Source: Acidobacteriaceae bacterium
GTDB lineage: Bacteria > Acidobacteriota > Terriglobia > Terriglobales > Acidobacteriaceae
Reading direction: 5' to 3'
Length of the DNA: 54,743 bases
Assembly (NCBI GenBank): GCA_025357215.1
Contig: JANXPR010000473.1
Coordinates: 1 to 54,743 of the forward strand
Of the stretch, positions 1 through 9,691 are shown piece by piece. Below the pieces are notes generated by a model, which made no database searches, had not been told where the DNA came from, and saw only the letters and a list, made by a program, of their open reading frames with translations. A program made the translations under genes and the position numbers. Position 1 is the first letter of the stretch; each line of letters begins with the position of its first letter.

Positions 1-216
1 CGGATCGGCAACGTCTACCAAACTCTTTAAGTTATCATCCGCTGAAGAAAAGTGTCAACGCGTAGAGGGCGTTTTGCGCTCCAACAAATCGCTGCGCGGA
101 GATTATTTTGGCGCCCAGACTTTCTCTCCGGCAAAACGCTCGTTCGCCCGCTAAAAATCATCGCAGCACGACACTTTCGTCTTCCTTTCAGCGCGCGTCA
201 ACTTTATGATTTCCTC

Positions 217-605
217 ATGAGCCTCGCATACTTGGTCTTTAGGACTTATCATCGGACTTATGATCGGCCTAGTCGCCGACGTGGTGGGCCATGGGCGGAG
301 GCGTTTTGATTGTCCGGCCCTGGTCTACATCTTCGGGATGAGCCAAAACTGGCTTACGTAAAAAAGGCCCAGGGCACATCCCTGGGCGGCTTTGTTGGCG
401 CCCATCGGCGTGCTCGCATTCTGGGAGCACTACAAGGCCGGCAACGTGGACGTCAGGCCGCAATACTGATCGCCGTGGGCTTTACAATTGGCGGCAATTT
501 CGGACGGACATTGGGCGTGAGCATCTGCCGGAAGTCATTGTGCGCAGGGCATTTGGCGTCCTGATGGTAGCCCTCGGCGTGCGCTTGATATTCGCCGCAA
601 AATAA
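217..605 (+). pseudogene. TauE/SafE-family (sulfite-exporter-like) small membrane protein gene, broken by multiple frameshifts
   Basis: These family-typical segments occur in the correct order but in alternating frames: MSLAYLV, GLIIGLMIGLVADVVG, MGGGVLIV, PALVYIFGMSQ, AQGTSLG, AALLAPIGVLAFWEHYKAGNVDV, AAILIAVGFTIGGNFG, LPEVIVRRAFGVLMVALGVRLIFAAK*. No single ORF spans them. Confidence 0.5.
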
Positions 606-719
606 GGCGCCCTTGGCTCCTATTGCGCCGTTAAGAAAAGCGCAAAAAGTGGCAAAAGTTGTCACTTTTCGCAGCGATTTCTAAGAAAGATTCTAAGTAA
701 AAAGAGTTTGCGGAATTGC

Positions 720-747
720 TTGACTCCGCAGGGAACAGGCCTAAAAT
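720..747 (+). promoter_or_regulatory. Candidate sigma70 promoter (TTGACT-16-TAAAAT) upstream of the VWFA gene
   Basis: TTGACT at 720-725, a 16-nt spacer, then TAAAAT at 742-747. It lies about 190 nt upstream of the CDS start. Confidence 0.25.
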
Positions 748-939
748 GGAACTATCACCTCCGATCCAATTCAGGATCGAATGGGCTTGTGGCCAAGGAA
801 ACCGTCACCGCTTCTTGGTCTCAGGCCCATTTAAATTTTTGCCCCTCCATCAAAGAATCCATTTCATCGTCTAACCTAGGCATCTTTGCGCATCTAAGTT
901 TCCGATTGCCAGACAACGTTTGAGCAAAGGAAGGGATTC

Positions 940-2733
940 GTGCCTATGCGTCTGAATACCGTGCGTCCAAGACTTCGCAGTTTTCTGGCCCTTGGGTTGG
1001 CGATGATCGCCATGTCGGCCGTCGGACAAAACTCCTCCGCCGCGCCGGAGCAGCAGCCACTACCAAAGTTCCGCGCCGCCTCCCGCCTGGTAGTCGTGGA
1101 TGTAATCACCACGGACCCCAAAGGCAAGCCGATCACCGCTCTTAAGAAAGAAGACTTCGTCCTTTTGGAAGACGGCAAGCCGCAGCAGATCAAAGTCTTT
1201 GGTTTCCAATCACCGCAGCCGCCGCCGGACGCAGCAACCACGTCGCAGCCGGCAGCCACCACGTCTGCTGTGCCAAAACTTCCGGAGCACGTGTTTACCA
1301 ATGTCCCCACATATAAATCCACCGGAGCGTTGAACGTGATCCTGATGGATTGGCTCAACACGCCGAACCTGAACCAGACAGACGCCCGGCTCAGGCTGAT
1401 CAAGGTGCTGGACCAGATGCCCGCGGGACGTCCCGTGGCCATCTACCTGCTTGGTTCGCGTCTTCGCCTGATACAGGATTTCACCAGCGATCAGGATGTA
1501 CTCCGCCAGGTTGTGGCCGGCATCAACAGCAAGAATTCGCCAAACCTGCCGAACCCGGTCAGCGACGCCACCGCCTCCATCATCCCTTCGCAGATTGCGC
1601 AGTACATCCCTGCAGCGAACCTGCAAAAGATCATTCAGTTTGAATCCCGTAACCAGGCAGCGCAAATCAATGACCGGGTGCAGCGCACTTTGCAAGGCAT
1701 GAATGAATTGACCCAGACCTTGGCCGCTTACCCGGGACGCAAGAACCTGATTTGGATTTCAGAGGCTTTTCCCTTGCAGTCAGCCCTGATCAGCGACGTC
1801 AATTTCGAAAACCGGGATACTGCCAGCGACTTCCGCGTGGAGGTCGCGCGCGTGGCGGATCGTTTGATGAGTTCGCAGATTGCCGTGTACCCGATTGACG
1901 TCCGCGGACTCACCGCCGTCTCTGATCTGTTCCAGATCGGCAATGACGGGCATGACGAGTACGGCCGCCCTTTGCGCGGCGACAACTTGCTGCACAACGA
2001 ACAGAAGCTCTCAGAAAACCTGAGCAACGCGCACGGCACCATGGACGACCTTGCCGACCAGACCGGCGGCCACGCCTATTACAACACCTCGGACTTTGGC
2101 AAAGTGATACTGGCCAGCATGGAAGACGGCTCCACCTACTACACACTCGGCTACTATCCTGACAACAAGAACTGGGACGGAAAATTCCGCAAGCTGCAAA
2201 TCAAGTCCACGTACCATGGCGCGAAGTTGCGCTACCGGCTGGGCTATTTTGCGTCCAGCCCCATGGCGTACCAGACGGAATCTGACCGGCAACGCGCCAT
2301 TGATCTCGGCAAGGCAATTGATCTGGCGTCGCCCGCATCAACATCTTTATTGTTTCAGGCGCAGGTGTTACCGCCGTCCGCGCAAACCCAAAACAAAATC
2401 CGCGTCAGTTTTGCCATTGATCCCCATGGCGTTTCATTTGATTTGGCGAATGACGATCTTTACCACGCCGACTTGAGCTGTGTTGTCCAGGTTTTTTCGG
2501 ATAAAGGAGATGCCTTGCACGCGGAGAGCTTTACCGTAACGACCGGCTTGAAACCGCCAGATTACGACCACGTAATGAAGACGTATGTGCCTTGCCGTTT
2601 GAATTTCGTTTTGCCGCCAGGAGATTATCCGTTGCGGCTCGCTGTGCGTGATGAACACACCGGCGCTATTGGAACCGCTAACGCGCGGGTGACAGTTACC
2701 GCCGATACGGCCACGGCCGCGCAGCCGCATTAA
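940..2733 (+). CDS. VWFA-related secreted protein (acidobacterial VWFA-domain family, TIGR03436-like)
   Basis: 597-aa ORF with a signal peptide (LALGLAMIAMSAVGQ). The N-terminal motif FRAASRLVVVDVITTDPKGKPITALKKEDFVLLEDGKPQQI is typical of this family. SD AAGGAAGG lies upstream of GTG 940 (ATG 946 is an alternative start). Confidence 0.8.
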   Translation: MPMRLNTVRPRLRSFLALGLAMIAMSAVGQNSSAAPEQQPLPKFRAASRLVVVDVITTDPKGKPITALKKEDFVLLEDGKPQQIKVFGFQSPQPPPDAATTSQPAATTSAVPKLPEHVFTNVPTYKSTGALNVILMDWLNTPNLNQTDARLRLIKVLDQMPAGRPVAIYLLGSRLRLIQDFTSDQDVLRQVVAGINSKNSPNLPNPVSDATASIIPSQIAQYIPAANLQKIIQFESRNQAAQINDRVQRTLQGMNELTQTLAAYPGRKNLIWISEAFPLQSALISDVNFENRDTASDFRVEVARVADRLMSSQIAVYPIDVRGLTAVSDLFQIGNDGHDEYGRPLRGDNLLHNEQKLSENLSNAHGTMDDLADQTGGHAYYNTSDFGKVILASMEDGSTYYTLGYYPDNKNWDGKFRKLQIKSTYHGAKLRYRLGYFASSPMAYQTESDRQRAIDLGKAIDLASPASTSLLFQAQVLPPSAQTQNKIRVSFAIDPHGVSFDLANDDLYHADLSCVVQVFSDKGDALHAESFTVTTGLKPPDYDHVMKTYVPCRLNFVLPPGDYPLRLAVRDEHTGAIGTANARVTVTADTATAAQPH

Positions 2734-2770
2734 ACTCTACGGGCGCGACTTGCTGGCGCAGCAGTAACTT

Positions 2771-3514
2771 TTAGTTTTCCGCAGGCTCGGGCTGGGCCTC
2801 AAAGATTTCTTCCACGTCTGTGGCGAACCACTGGCGCGGCTCCAGGCGATACCGCAACAGGGTCCACATGGCGGCAACGCCGTCCGTCCAGCGAATTTTC
2901 TTCCCGCCTTTTGCGGTCCGTGGAAAATAAGAAATTGGCACTTCCCAGATCTTTTCGCCGATCCGGCTCATCTTTGCCGTGACTTCAGGACAGAACTCAA
3001 AACGCTGGCACGTCAGTTGGACGCGGTCCAGTGTCGAACGCCGGAAAACCTTGTAGCAGGTGGCTTCGTCCTGAATGTTGCAGCCGTAAAGAAAATTCGC
3101 CAGGTGGGTAAGAAACTTTGCGCCGGTGTAATAAAAAAAACCGCGCTCCGGACGGTCGGGCCGTACGCCATAAACCACATTGGTCAGGCGTTGGCGCAAA
3201 GGTTCCAGTAGTGCCTCGTAATCCTGGGGATCGTATTCCAGATCAGCGTCCTGGATCAGCACGTATTCTCCGCGCGCCTGTTGCAGTCCGGAAAGAATCG
3301 CCGCTCCCTTGCCGCGGTTGTTCGCATGCAAGACCAACTGGATGTCAAATTCTTTTTGGTATTGGGCCAGGAGTTCGCGCGTTCCGTCGGTCGATCCATC
3401 GTCCACCACAATAATTTCCTTCAGGGTGGCCACGGCATTCACCTGGCGGAGCAGTTCGGCAATGGACTTGACTTCGTTAAAAACCGGAATGATGACGGAG
3501 ACATAGCCACGCAT
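2771..3514 (-). CDS. Family 2 glycosyltransferase (polyprenol-phosphate sugar transferase-like)
   Basis: GT2 signatures VSVIIPVFNE, VVDDGSTDGT and a DxD-like IQDADLEYDP. 247 aa. Confidence 0.85.
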   Translation of the reverse strand: MRGYVSVIIPVFNEVKSIAELLRQVNAVATLKEIIVVDDGSTDGTRELLAQYQKEFDIQLVLHANNRGKGAAILSGLQQARGEYVLIQDADLEYDPQDYEALLEPLRQRLTNVVYGVRPDRPERGFFYYTGAKFLTHLANFLYGCNIQDEATCYKVFRRSTLDRVQLTCQRFEFCPEVTAKMSRIGEKIWEVPISYFPRTAKGGKKIRWTDGVAAMWTLLRYRLEPRQWFATDVEEIFEAQPEPAEN

Positions 3515-3628
3515 ATCCGAAGTTGGTTTTGATTCGAAGGGTGTGAGTTCTTCAGCAATCAGAGTACTACCCGCAAAGTTATGAATGTGAACCCCTTATG
3601 AAATTCTGAATTTGATAAGATTTATTAG

Positions 3629-5209
3629 ATGCGGAGTCTAACACGCGCCGCCGTATGGAAGCCTGTTTTTTTGCTCGTGGCGCTCTCCGCGGCAGTGCCA
3701 TTGGTACATGGCTACCATCTGGGCGTAGAGGACCAGGCCATCTACCTTCCGGGCATTGAACAGAAGATCCACCCCAATCTTTTTGCCGCCGACGCTGAAC
3801 TTTTTCTTCCGCAAACACGGCCCACACTTCTGGTTCCGCTCGTCGCCTGGTCCGTTCGCACGACTGGTATGCCACTCGATGTCACCGTCTTTATCTGGCA
3901 CTTTCTGTCCATCTTTGCGCTGCTCTTTGCGGCCTGGCGGCTTGCCTGCCGTTGCTTTGCCCTGGAAGAAGCACGCTGGTGTGCCGTTGCTTTGCTCGCC
4001 GCGCTGTTCACCATGCCGGTGGCCGGGACGTCGATTTTTATCGTGGATACCTATCTTCATCCTCGCACCCTCGCGACGGCCCTGATTCTCTTGGCCATAG
4101 TGGACGTGCTGGACAGCGCAGTACTGGGCTTCAAAAAGTTAGACCGTCACATCGCACGCGCTATCCTGTGGATTGGGCTTGCTGCCACGATTCATATCCA
4201 GATGGCTCTCTACGGATTTCTGCTCTCCTTATTCTTAGGATGGAAACCAGGGCGGAAAGCAATGGCCCGAGTTGGCGATGGCGAACCGCCATCAGCCCCG
4301 GGAGCCACGACACAATCGACGACTATGGCTGCCGCATTTCCCTTACAGAGTCTTTTCCAGCCAGGGTCTGAAGCATGGAAAGAAGCTGCACGCACACGCT
4401 TCCAGCACTATTTATTGAATTGGGAATGGTATGAGTGGCTCGGCGCCATCGCCCCGCTGCTGTTCTTCTGGTGGTTCGTGAAGCTGGCCCGCCGCTCTGG
4501 ACTGGAGATGGTCGATTTAATTAGCCAGCGCGTCGCCGCGTTCCAGGTCTTCAGTATCGTATCCGCGCTCGTCCTAACGCTACCGCCGCAGTTTGAAAGA
4601 CTCACCCCATTTCAACCGATGCGCGCTCTCCATTTGGCCACGCTGATCTTCGTCCTGTTGGCTGGAGGCTTCATCGGACAATTCCTTCTGCGCCGCAGCG
4701 CGATCCGCTGGGCCCTGCTTTTCGCACCTCTGTGCGCGACGATGTTTTACGTTCAGCGGCAGATCTTCCCGGCTAGTGAGCACATTGAATTTCCGGGCCG
4801 AGCTTCACACAATCCATCTTCCCGCAATCCGTGTTCCCACAACCAATGGGTACAGGCTTTTCTGTGGGCAAAAAACAATACACCGGAAAATGCTTATTTC
4901 GCCCTGGATACCCACTACGTGGAGTTACCAGGCAACGACCAGCACGGCTTTCGCGCTTTCAGCCAACGCTCCATGATGGCTGACTGGAACAAGGATGGCG
5001 GCGTGGTCACGTTGTTCCCGGCCATCGCCGAACGCTGGCAACGCGAAACGCATGCGCGCGCGAATTGGAAGAATTTTTCTTCTGCTGACTTCCAGCATTT
5101 GCACGAACAATTCGGCGTGGGCTGGGTTGTTTTGGAAAAACCGATGAAGGTGGCGCTGAACTGTCCGTATGAAAATGCGCAAGTAGCAGTGTGCAAGGTT
5201 GCTGAGTAG
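3629..5209 (+). CDS. Polytopic membrane protein of unknown function (possibly GT-C-like), divergent from the GT2 gene
   Basis: 526-aa ORF with many hydrophobic helices in the first ~370 aa and a soluble C-terminal part. I recognised no motif. Confidence 0.6.
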   Translation: MRSLTRAAVWKPVFLLVALSAAVPLVHGYHLGVEDQAIYLPGIEQKIHPNLFAADAELFLPQTRPTLLVPLVAWSVRTTGMPLDVTVFIWHFLSIFALLFAAWRLACRCFALEEARWCAVALLAALFTMPVAGTSIFIVDTYLHPRTLATALILLAIVDVLDSAVLGFKKLDRHIARAILWIGLAATIHIQMALYGFLLSLFLGWKPGRKAMARVGDGEPPSAPGATTQSTTMAAAFPLQSLFQPGSEAWKEAARTRFQHYLLNWEWYEWLGAIAPLLFFWWFVKLARRSGLEMVDLISQRVAAFQVFSIVSALVLTLPPQFERLTPFQPMRALHLATLIFVLLAGGFIGQFLLRRSAIRWALLFAPLCATMFYVQRQIFPASEHIEFPGRASHNPSSRNPCSHNQWVQAFLWAKNNTPENAYFALDTHYVELPGNDQHGFRAFSQRSMMADWNKDGGVVTLFPAIAERWQRETHARANWKNFSSADFQHLHEQFGVGWVVLEKPMKVALNCPYENAQVAVCKVAE

Positions 5210-5231
5210 CGCACGGCGAATAGCGCGAAGC

Positions 5232-6572
5232 TTACTTGCGAACTGTCCGGGCCTTTACCACATAGGCGTCCAGTGTTCGCGCCAGCGATTCCGGCGCCTC
5301 CACTTCCAGTTGCACGTCATCGTCGCGATAGGCGCGTTTAAGAATGTGTGTGCGGGCTTCAATCTGCGCCAGCAGCTTGCCTTCACTCTGTGGAATGCGC
5401 AGCTTCATGGGGCGCAACGCGTCAATCTCCATGCGCTCATCGATGGCCGCCAGCAGGTCGTCCAGGCCCAGATGCCGCGCTGCCGAAATGTATACAGCCG
5501 AAGCCGTACTCTTCAACGACCGCCGTTGCGCTTCCGGCATCAGGTCAATCTTGTTCATCACGCGGATTTGCGGCGTGTTCTGGACTTCCAGGTCTTTCAA
5601 AACTTTCTCCACTTGCTGTTGCTGTTCCTGCGCCACCGGACTGGTCACGTCCCCCACGTGCAGCAGCAGCGCCGCGCGCTGGACTTCTTCCAAAGTGGCG
5701 CGGAAAGCCGTCACCAGTGTGGTGGGCAGACTGCGGATGAAACCTACCGTGTCCGATAGCAGCACTTTGCGTTTGCTGGGCAGAGTGATGCCGCGAATGG
5801 TTGGATCGAGCGTGGCAAACATTCGTGACGACGCAACTACGCCTGCGTCCGTGAGCGCGTTGAATAAAGTCGACTTGCCTGCGTTGGTGTAGCCGACCAG
5901 CGCCACTACCGGCAACGGCACGGCTTCTCTGCGCTGGCGCTGTTGCGCGCGCACGCGTCGAACTTCTTCTACCTGGAGTTTAATGTGCCGTATCCGCCGG
6001 TGAATTTTACGGCGGTCAGTCTCCAACTGCGTTTCACCTGGACCGCGCGTGCCGATGCCGCCGCCGAGCTGTGACATTTCAATGCCGCGCCCGGCCAGAC
6101 GAGGCAGCATGTATTCAAGTTGCGCCAACTCCACTTGCAACTGGCCTTCTCGGCTGCGCGCATGGCGCGCAAATATATCCAGGATCAACTGCGTGCGGTC
6201 AATCACCCTCGCCTGGACTTCATTTTCAATGTTGCGTTGTTGCGATGGCGTGAGTTCGTGATCGATCATCACCAGATCGGCTTCTGACGAAGCCACCGCC
6301 CCGGCAATTTCCTGCAATTTGCCAATGCCCAGCAGGGTTGCGGGATCAGGCCGGTCGCGGCGTTGAATGAATTCGCCCACAATTTCCGCGCCGGCCGAAG
6401 CCGCCAGTTCACGGAATTCGTCGAGCGAATCTTCCACGGACGTGCGCAGCATTCCTTCGCCGGCCGGGCCAGCAGTTTGCGGCACGACCTTTCGGCGGTC
6501 TGACTGTTTGGATGGATCGATTGGACCGGATTCGTCGGGTACGGAGCCTTTGCGCGCCGCTTCCCGCGCCAT
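5232..6572 (-). CDS. hflX: GTPase HflX (minimum ORF; the true start is probably upstream at ATT 6716, see findings)
   Basis: G1 motif [15 protein letters not shown], HflX N-domain [14 protein letters not shown]...[16 protein letters not shown], and a position directly downstream of hfq. Confidence 0.93.
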   Translation of the reverse strand: MAREAARKGSVPDESGPIDPSKQSDRRKVVPQTAGPAGEGMLRTSVEDSLDEFRELAASAGAEIVGEFIQRRDRPDPATLLGIGKLQEIAGAVASSEADLVMIDHELTPSQQRNIENEVQARVIDRTQLILDIFARHARSREGQLQVELAQLEYMLPRLAGRGIEMSQLGGGIGTRGPGETQLETDRRKIHRRIRHIKLQVEEVRRVRAQQRQRREAVPLPVVALVGYTNAGKSTLFNALTDAGVVASSRMFATLDPTIRGITLPSKRKVLLSDTVGFIRSLPTTLVTAFRATLEEVQRAALLLHVGDVTSPVAQEQQQQVEKVLKDLEVQNTPQIRVMNKIDLMPEAQRRSLKSTASAVYISAARHLGLDDLLAAIDERMEIDALRPMKLRIPQSEGKLLAQIEARTHILKRAYRDDDVQLEVEAPESLARTLDAYVVKARTVRK

Positions 6573-6719
6573 AATGGCGCCGGGCGGCAGGTCCAGATCG
6601 CGGTCGCTCCGCGAGCGATGGCGGAACTCTACCCCAACCAGAAACGCGCGTTCCGGCCGGTCACGGCCCGTACTGATGCCGGCCGTTTCACGAAAACGGG
6701 AACGCTGCCCAGGAATGGA

Positions 6720-6998
6720 TTACCCCTCTACTTTGGCGGGCGCGCTTTCCACATCGCCATGGTGTCCGCGGCCTTCATGGTGTGTGCTGCCCTTGGACAT
6801 CACCACCGTTGAGATGGCATGTTTGAAAATAAGCTGTTCCTGATTATTGGTTTCCAGGACTACCGAGTACTTATCAAACGACCGTATACGCCCGGTGAGT
6901 TTGACCCCGCTCAGCAGATAGATCGTGACCTGCGTCTTATCCTTCCGCGCAGTGTTTAAGAAGGAGTCCTGTATATTCTGTGCCGGCTTGTTTTCCAT
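6720..6998 (-). CDS. hfq: RNA chaperone Hfq
   Basis: Sm motifs [40 protein letters not shown]...[12 protein letters not shown], plus a His/Gly-rich C-terminal tail. Confidence 0.97.
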   Translation of the reverse strand: MENKPAQNIQDSFLNTARKDKTQVTIYLLSGVKLTGRIRSFDKYSVVLETNNQEQLIFKHAISTVVMSKGSTHHEGRGHHGDVESAPAKVEG

Positions 6999-7175
6999 TT
7001 GCCGATCGTTCTCCTGTTAAGTCTTCTTCTACCCGAAACTGGGGGAACAGCTAGTTCGTCGCATTTTACATCTACCTTACATTGTAGCTTTTCAAGGCCT
7101 TCCGGGCAAAAGCCGCCCCGAATACCCAATGCCGCCCCAGCCGCCCTAAATGCTAGAATTTAGCTTACATCCTTC

Positions 7176-8339
7176 ATGAAAACTGTAGGCCAAAAGTTTG
7201 TGGAAGTGCCCATGCTGGACCTCTCGCGCCAATACACCGGGCTGCGGGACGAGTTTCTAGCCGCCATCACCCGTGTGTGCGATTCGCAACAGTACATTCT
7301 GGGCGAAGAAGTAAAAGTTTTTGAGCGCGAATTCGCCGCTCTCTGCGGGACCGCCGACTCCATTGCCTGCGCCTCCGGCACGGACGCCCTCTGGCTGGCC
7401 ATGGCCGCCGCCAACATCGGCCCCGGCGATTCGGTTATCACCACGCCCTTCAGTTTTTTTGCCACCGCCAGTTCCATCCTGCGCGCGGGCGCCCGTCCGG
7501 TGTTCGTGGACATTGACCCGGAAACCCTGAATATTGACGCCGCAAAAATCGAACAGACATTGCGCTCCGGCCCCAAACGTCACGGCATCATGCCTGTCCA
7601 TCTTTACGGCCAGTGCGCGGACATGGACGCCATCGGCAACCTCGCCGCCGAATTCAAACTCCATATCATTGAAGACGCGGCGCAGGCTTCCGGTGCCACA
7701 TGGAACGGCAAGCCCGCCGGCGCTTTGGGTACGGCCGCCGCATTCAGCTTCTATCCGACAAAAAACTTGAGCGCGTTTGGCGATGCCGGAGTGCTTACCA
7801 CCAGTGATCCCGCGCTGGCCGAACACGCACGCTCTTTGCGCAACCACGGAGCCAAGCAGCGTTACTATCACGATGAGATCGGCGCCAACAGCCGCATGGA
7901 TTCCATTCAAGCCGCGGTGCTGCGCGTGAAGATGCGTCACCTGCAAAGCTGGAATAACGCCCGCCGCAGCCACGCCAAGCTTTACGATCAATTGATCGCT
8001 ACCGCCGGACTAACCCGCACCGGCGCGAACTCCGCGGCGCCCGTCGTATTGCTCAAGACGCGTCCGCAGGCGCACCATATCTATCATCAATATGTTATCC
8101 GTGTTCAACAGCGCGAAAAGCTGCGTGACTTCCTGAAAGAACGCGGCGTGGGATCTGAAATCTACTACCCTGTGCCGCTGCATTTGCAGAAATGTTTTGG
8201 CTATCTCGGCCACGTGAAAGGCGATCTGCCGGAATCAGAGCTGGCCGCCGCGGAAGTACTTGCGTTGCCCATGTTCGCCGAACTTACGGAACCCGAGCAG
8301 CGGCATGTGGTGGAATCGATCGCGGAGTTTTACTCCTAG
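7176..8339 (+). CDS. DegT/DnrJ/EryC1/StrS-family PLP aminotransferase (sugar aminotransferase)
   Basis: Family-typical sequence across 387 aa, for example DALWLAMAAANIGPGDSVITTPFSFFATA, IIEDAAQASGA and FSFYPTKNLSAFGDAG (Lys in YPTKNL). Confidence 0.92.
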   Translation: MKTVGQKFVEVPMLDLSRQYTGLRDEFLAAITRVCDSQQYILGEEVKVFEREFAALCGTADSIACASGTDALWLAMAAANIGPGDSVITTPFSFFATASSILRAGARPVFVDIDPETLNIDAAKIEQTLRSGPKRHGIMPVHLYGQCADMDAIGNLAAEFKLHIIEDAAQASGATWNGKPAGALGTAAAFSFYPTKNLSAFGDAGVLTTSDPALAEHARSLRNHGAKQRYYHDEIGANSRMDSIQAAVLRVKMRHLQSWNNARRSHAKLYDQLIATAGLTRTGANSAAPVVLLKTRPQAHHIYHQYVIRVQQREKLRDFLKERGVGSEIYYPVPLHLQKCFGYLGHVKGDLPESELAAAEVLALPMFAELTEPEQRHVVESIAEFYS

Positions 8340-8475
8340 ACTCAGACCTCAACCGACTCCGAACGACAGCGGACCAAGGTTAACGGGCTGGTCCCTCCAC
8401 AAATGCCGCACTCCATTGCAGGCTGCCGAAAAACCCTTTGCGCAGCGAGTCCTATCAGGGCACAAGTCTTACCCG

Positions 8476-8540
8476 GATTGTCATCAACCGCGATGATTGT
8501 TATCAATCGTCCGGATTATCATCAACCGCCCGGATTGTCT
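8476..8540. repeat. Tandem 19-bp repeat, 3 full units plus a partial fourth
   Basis: Units start exactly 19 bp apart at 8476, 8495, 8514 and 8533: GATTGTCATCAACCGCGAT, GATTGTTATCAATCGTCCG, GATTATCATCAACCGCCCG, GATTGTC.... Confidence 0.8.
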
Positions 8541-9117
8541 CGCCTGAAGCCGGCCAGGTCTGTACCTATCCTGATTTGTCAAAGATCATTCGTTCCGCGC
8601 TCTGAAGCGCTTTCGCATTGTATCGTATTATGTTCGCTATCGCAACTCTGGCTGCCGGCGGTGATTACTCCCGGATGGCGCAGTCGAGAAGCAGAATCGC
8701 CCATCATTGAACATGCACGATGCCCGTGTCGGGGTCGGCATCGCGGATGAGCTGACGGATATAACAGCATGGCAGGGGAGACCTTGTCGGGATCTCTCCA
8801 CTCCTTTTCAGTCGCAAGGCTCCTTCGTCGTCGGTCGAGATGACAAGGGTCCGGGTGCGTGGTGACAACGGTTGGGGGTGTCCTGCTGGCGGCTGAAGCG
8901 GCACACAGCAAAGGACGCAGAGAAAGGGGTTTGGTGGAAGAGCGGCCATTGATGGCCGCGTAAAGAGTCTTAAACTTGGGCTTTAGCCTTGGTGGGCTCG
9001 AATCTCACTCTTTCGCAAATAGCGCGAAGAGATACGGCACCCGGCTCTGTCTTGCGACCTTCTTGCCCAGGCCTTCACTGCGCTATACAACGTATAATTA
9101 TCGCGAGGATTAAGTAA

Positions 9118-9315
9118 ATGGCACACGTACTGAATACAAGAGAGGCAGTTGATAAGCTGACGAGGCAAGGTCATAAAGTTCAATTGATGCCTGGTCCTCA
9201 GGGACACCGCTACGCGGTTGATGGTGAAGAATCCTATACTGACGACGAATTGGTCATGTTGGCGTCAGGTGTCAAAAAAGAGGATATTCAATCACAGCGA
9301 AAGACCACAAAATAG
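9118..9315 (+). CDS. Hypothetical small protein (65 aa)
   Basis: ORF preceded by GAGGA about 9 nt upstream and a TATAAT box about 25 nt upstream. It lies in a lower-GC stretch and I recognised no homology. Confidence 0.4.
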   Translation: MAHVLNTREAVDKLTRQGHKVQLMPGPQGHRYAVDGEESYTDDELVMLASGVKKEDIQSQRKTTK

Positions 9316-9691
9316 CAGACGCGGTGATTCACGCGGCTGACACAAGCTTTTTATAACCAAATCATGGCTGTCAAGGGAGGAAGCTGTGACACCAGAACAG
9401 TGGCGAAAACTGGAAGATATGGAACGAGCCATTACGGCTCCAGCTAGCCAGTCAAATTTCGCCCTGACCAGCGGCTCGTACTCACCAACATTTACCTAAT
9501 ACGTAGCGTGGACAGCCTGGATAAAACAAGCGCTCGCCTCTGGCGCGTGAACATTGCCCTCACAATCGTGGCTGTTCTGACTGGGATTGCCACACTAGCA
9601 ATCGCCCTCTTTCGGCGGCATTAGAGGTGACAAGTTAGAACACTGCCGAAAGCAGGTAGTGTCTCAGTTTGTCTGATGGACCACCCGGCTG

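Noticed and set aside
6714-6722. Possible stop-codon read-through giving an Hfq-HflX fusion, since hfq and hflX share a frame with only TAA between them.
   Set aside because: A shared frame is expected one time in three by chance, and TAA is the least leaky stop. An ATT with a well-spaced SD gives a simpler explanation for the missing HflX N-terminus.
8403-8949. Several 80-115-aa ORFs on both strands in the 8.4-9.0 kb gap.
   Set aside because: They overlap one another, run through the tandem repeats and the repeat-family copy, and lack SDs and recognisable motifs. They are treated as non-coding.
8975-9045. tRNA-like fragment on the minus strand: TTCGC-GCTATTT-GCGAA stem-loop followed by GTGAG-ATTCGAG-CCCAC.
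   Set aside because: There is no acceptor stem, D-arm or CCA context. The T-loop is shifted by one nt with a mismatch in the stem, and the anticodon loop lacks U33. At best it is a decayed remnant and cannot be called.
9386-9624. Two small overlapping-frame ORFs that might be one frameshifted small membrane protein. The first is a 37-aa ORF starting at GTG with a GGGAGGA SD. The second is an open frame ending ...VNIALTIVAVLTGIATLAIALFRRH*.
   Set aside because: I recognised no homology, the second frame has no ATG, and the fusion is purely conjectural. The evidence is not enough for a feature.
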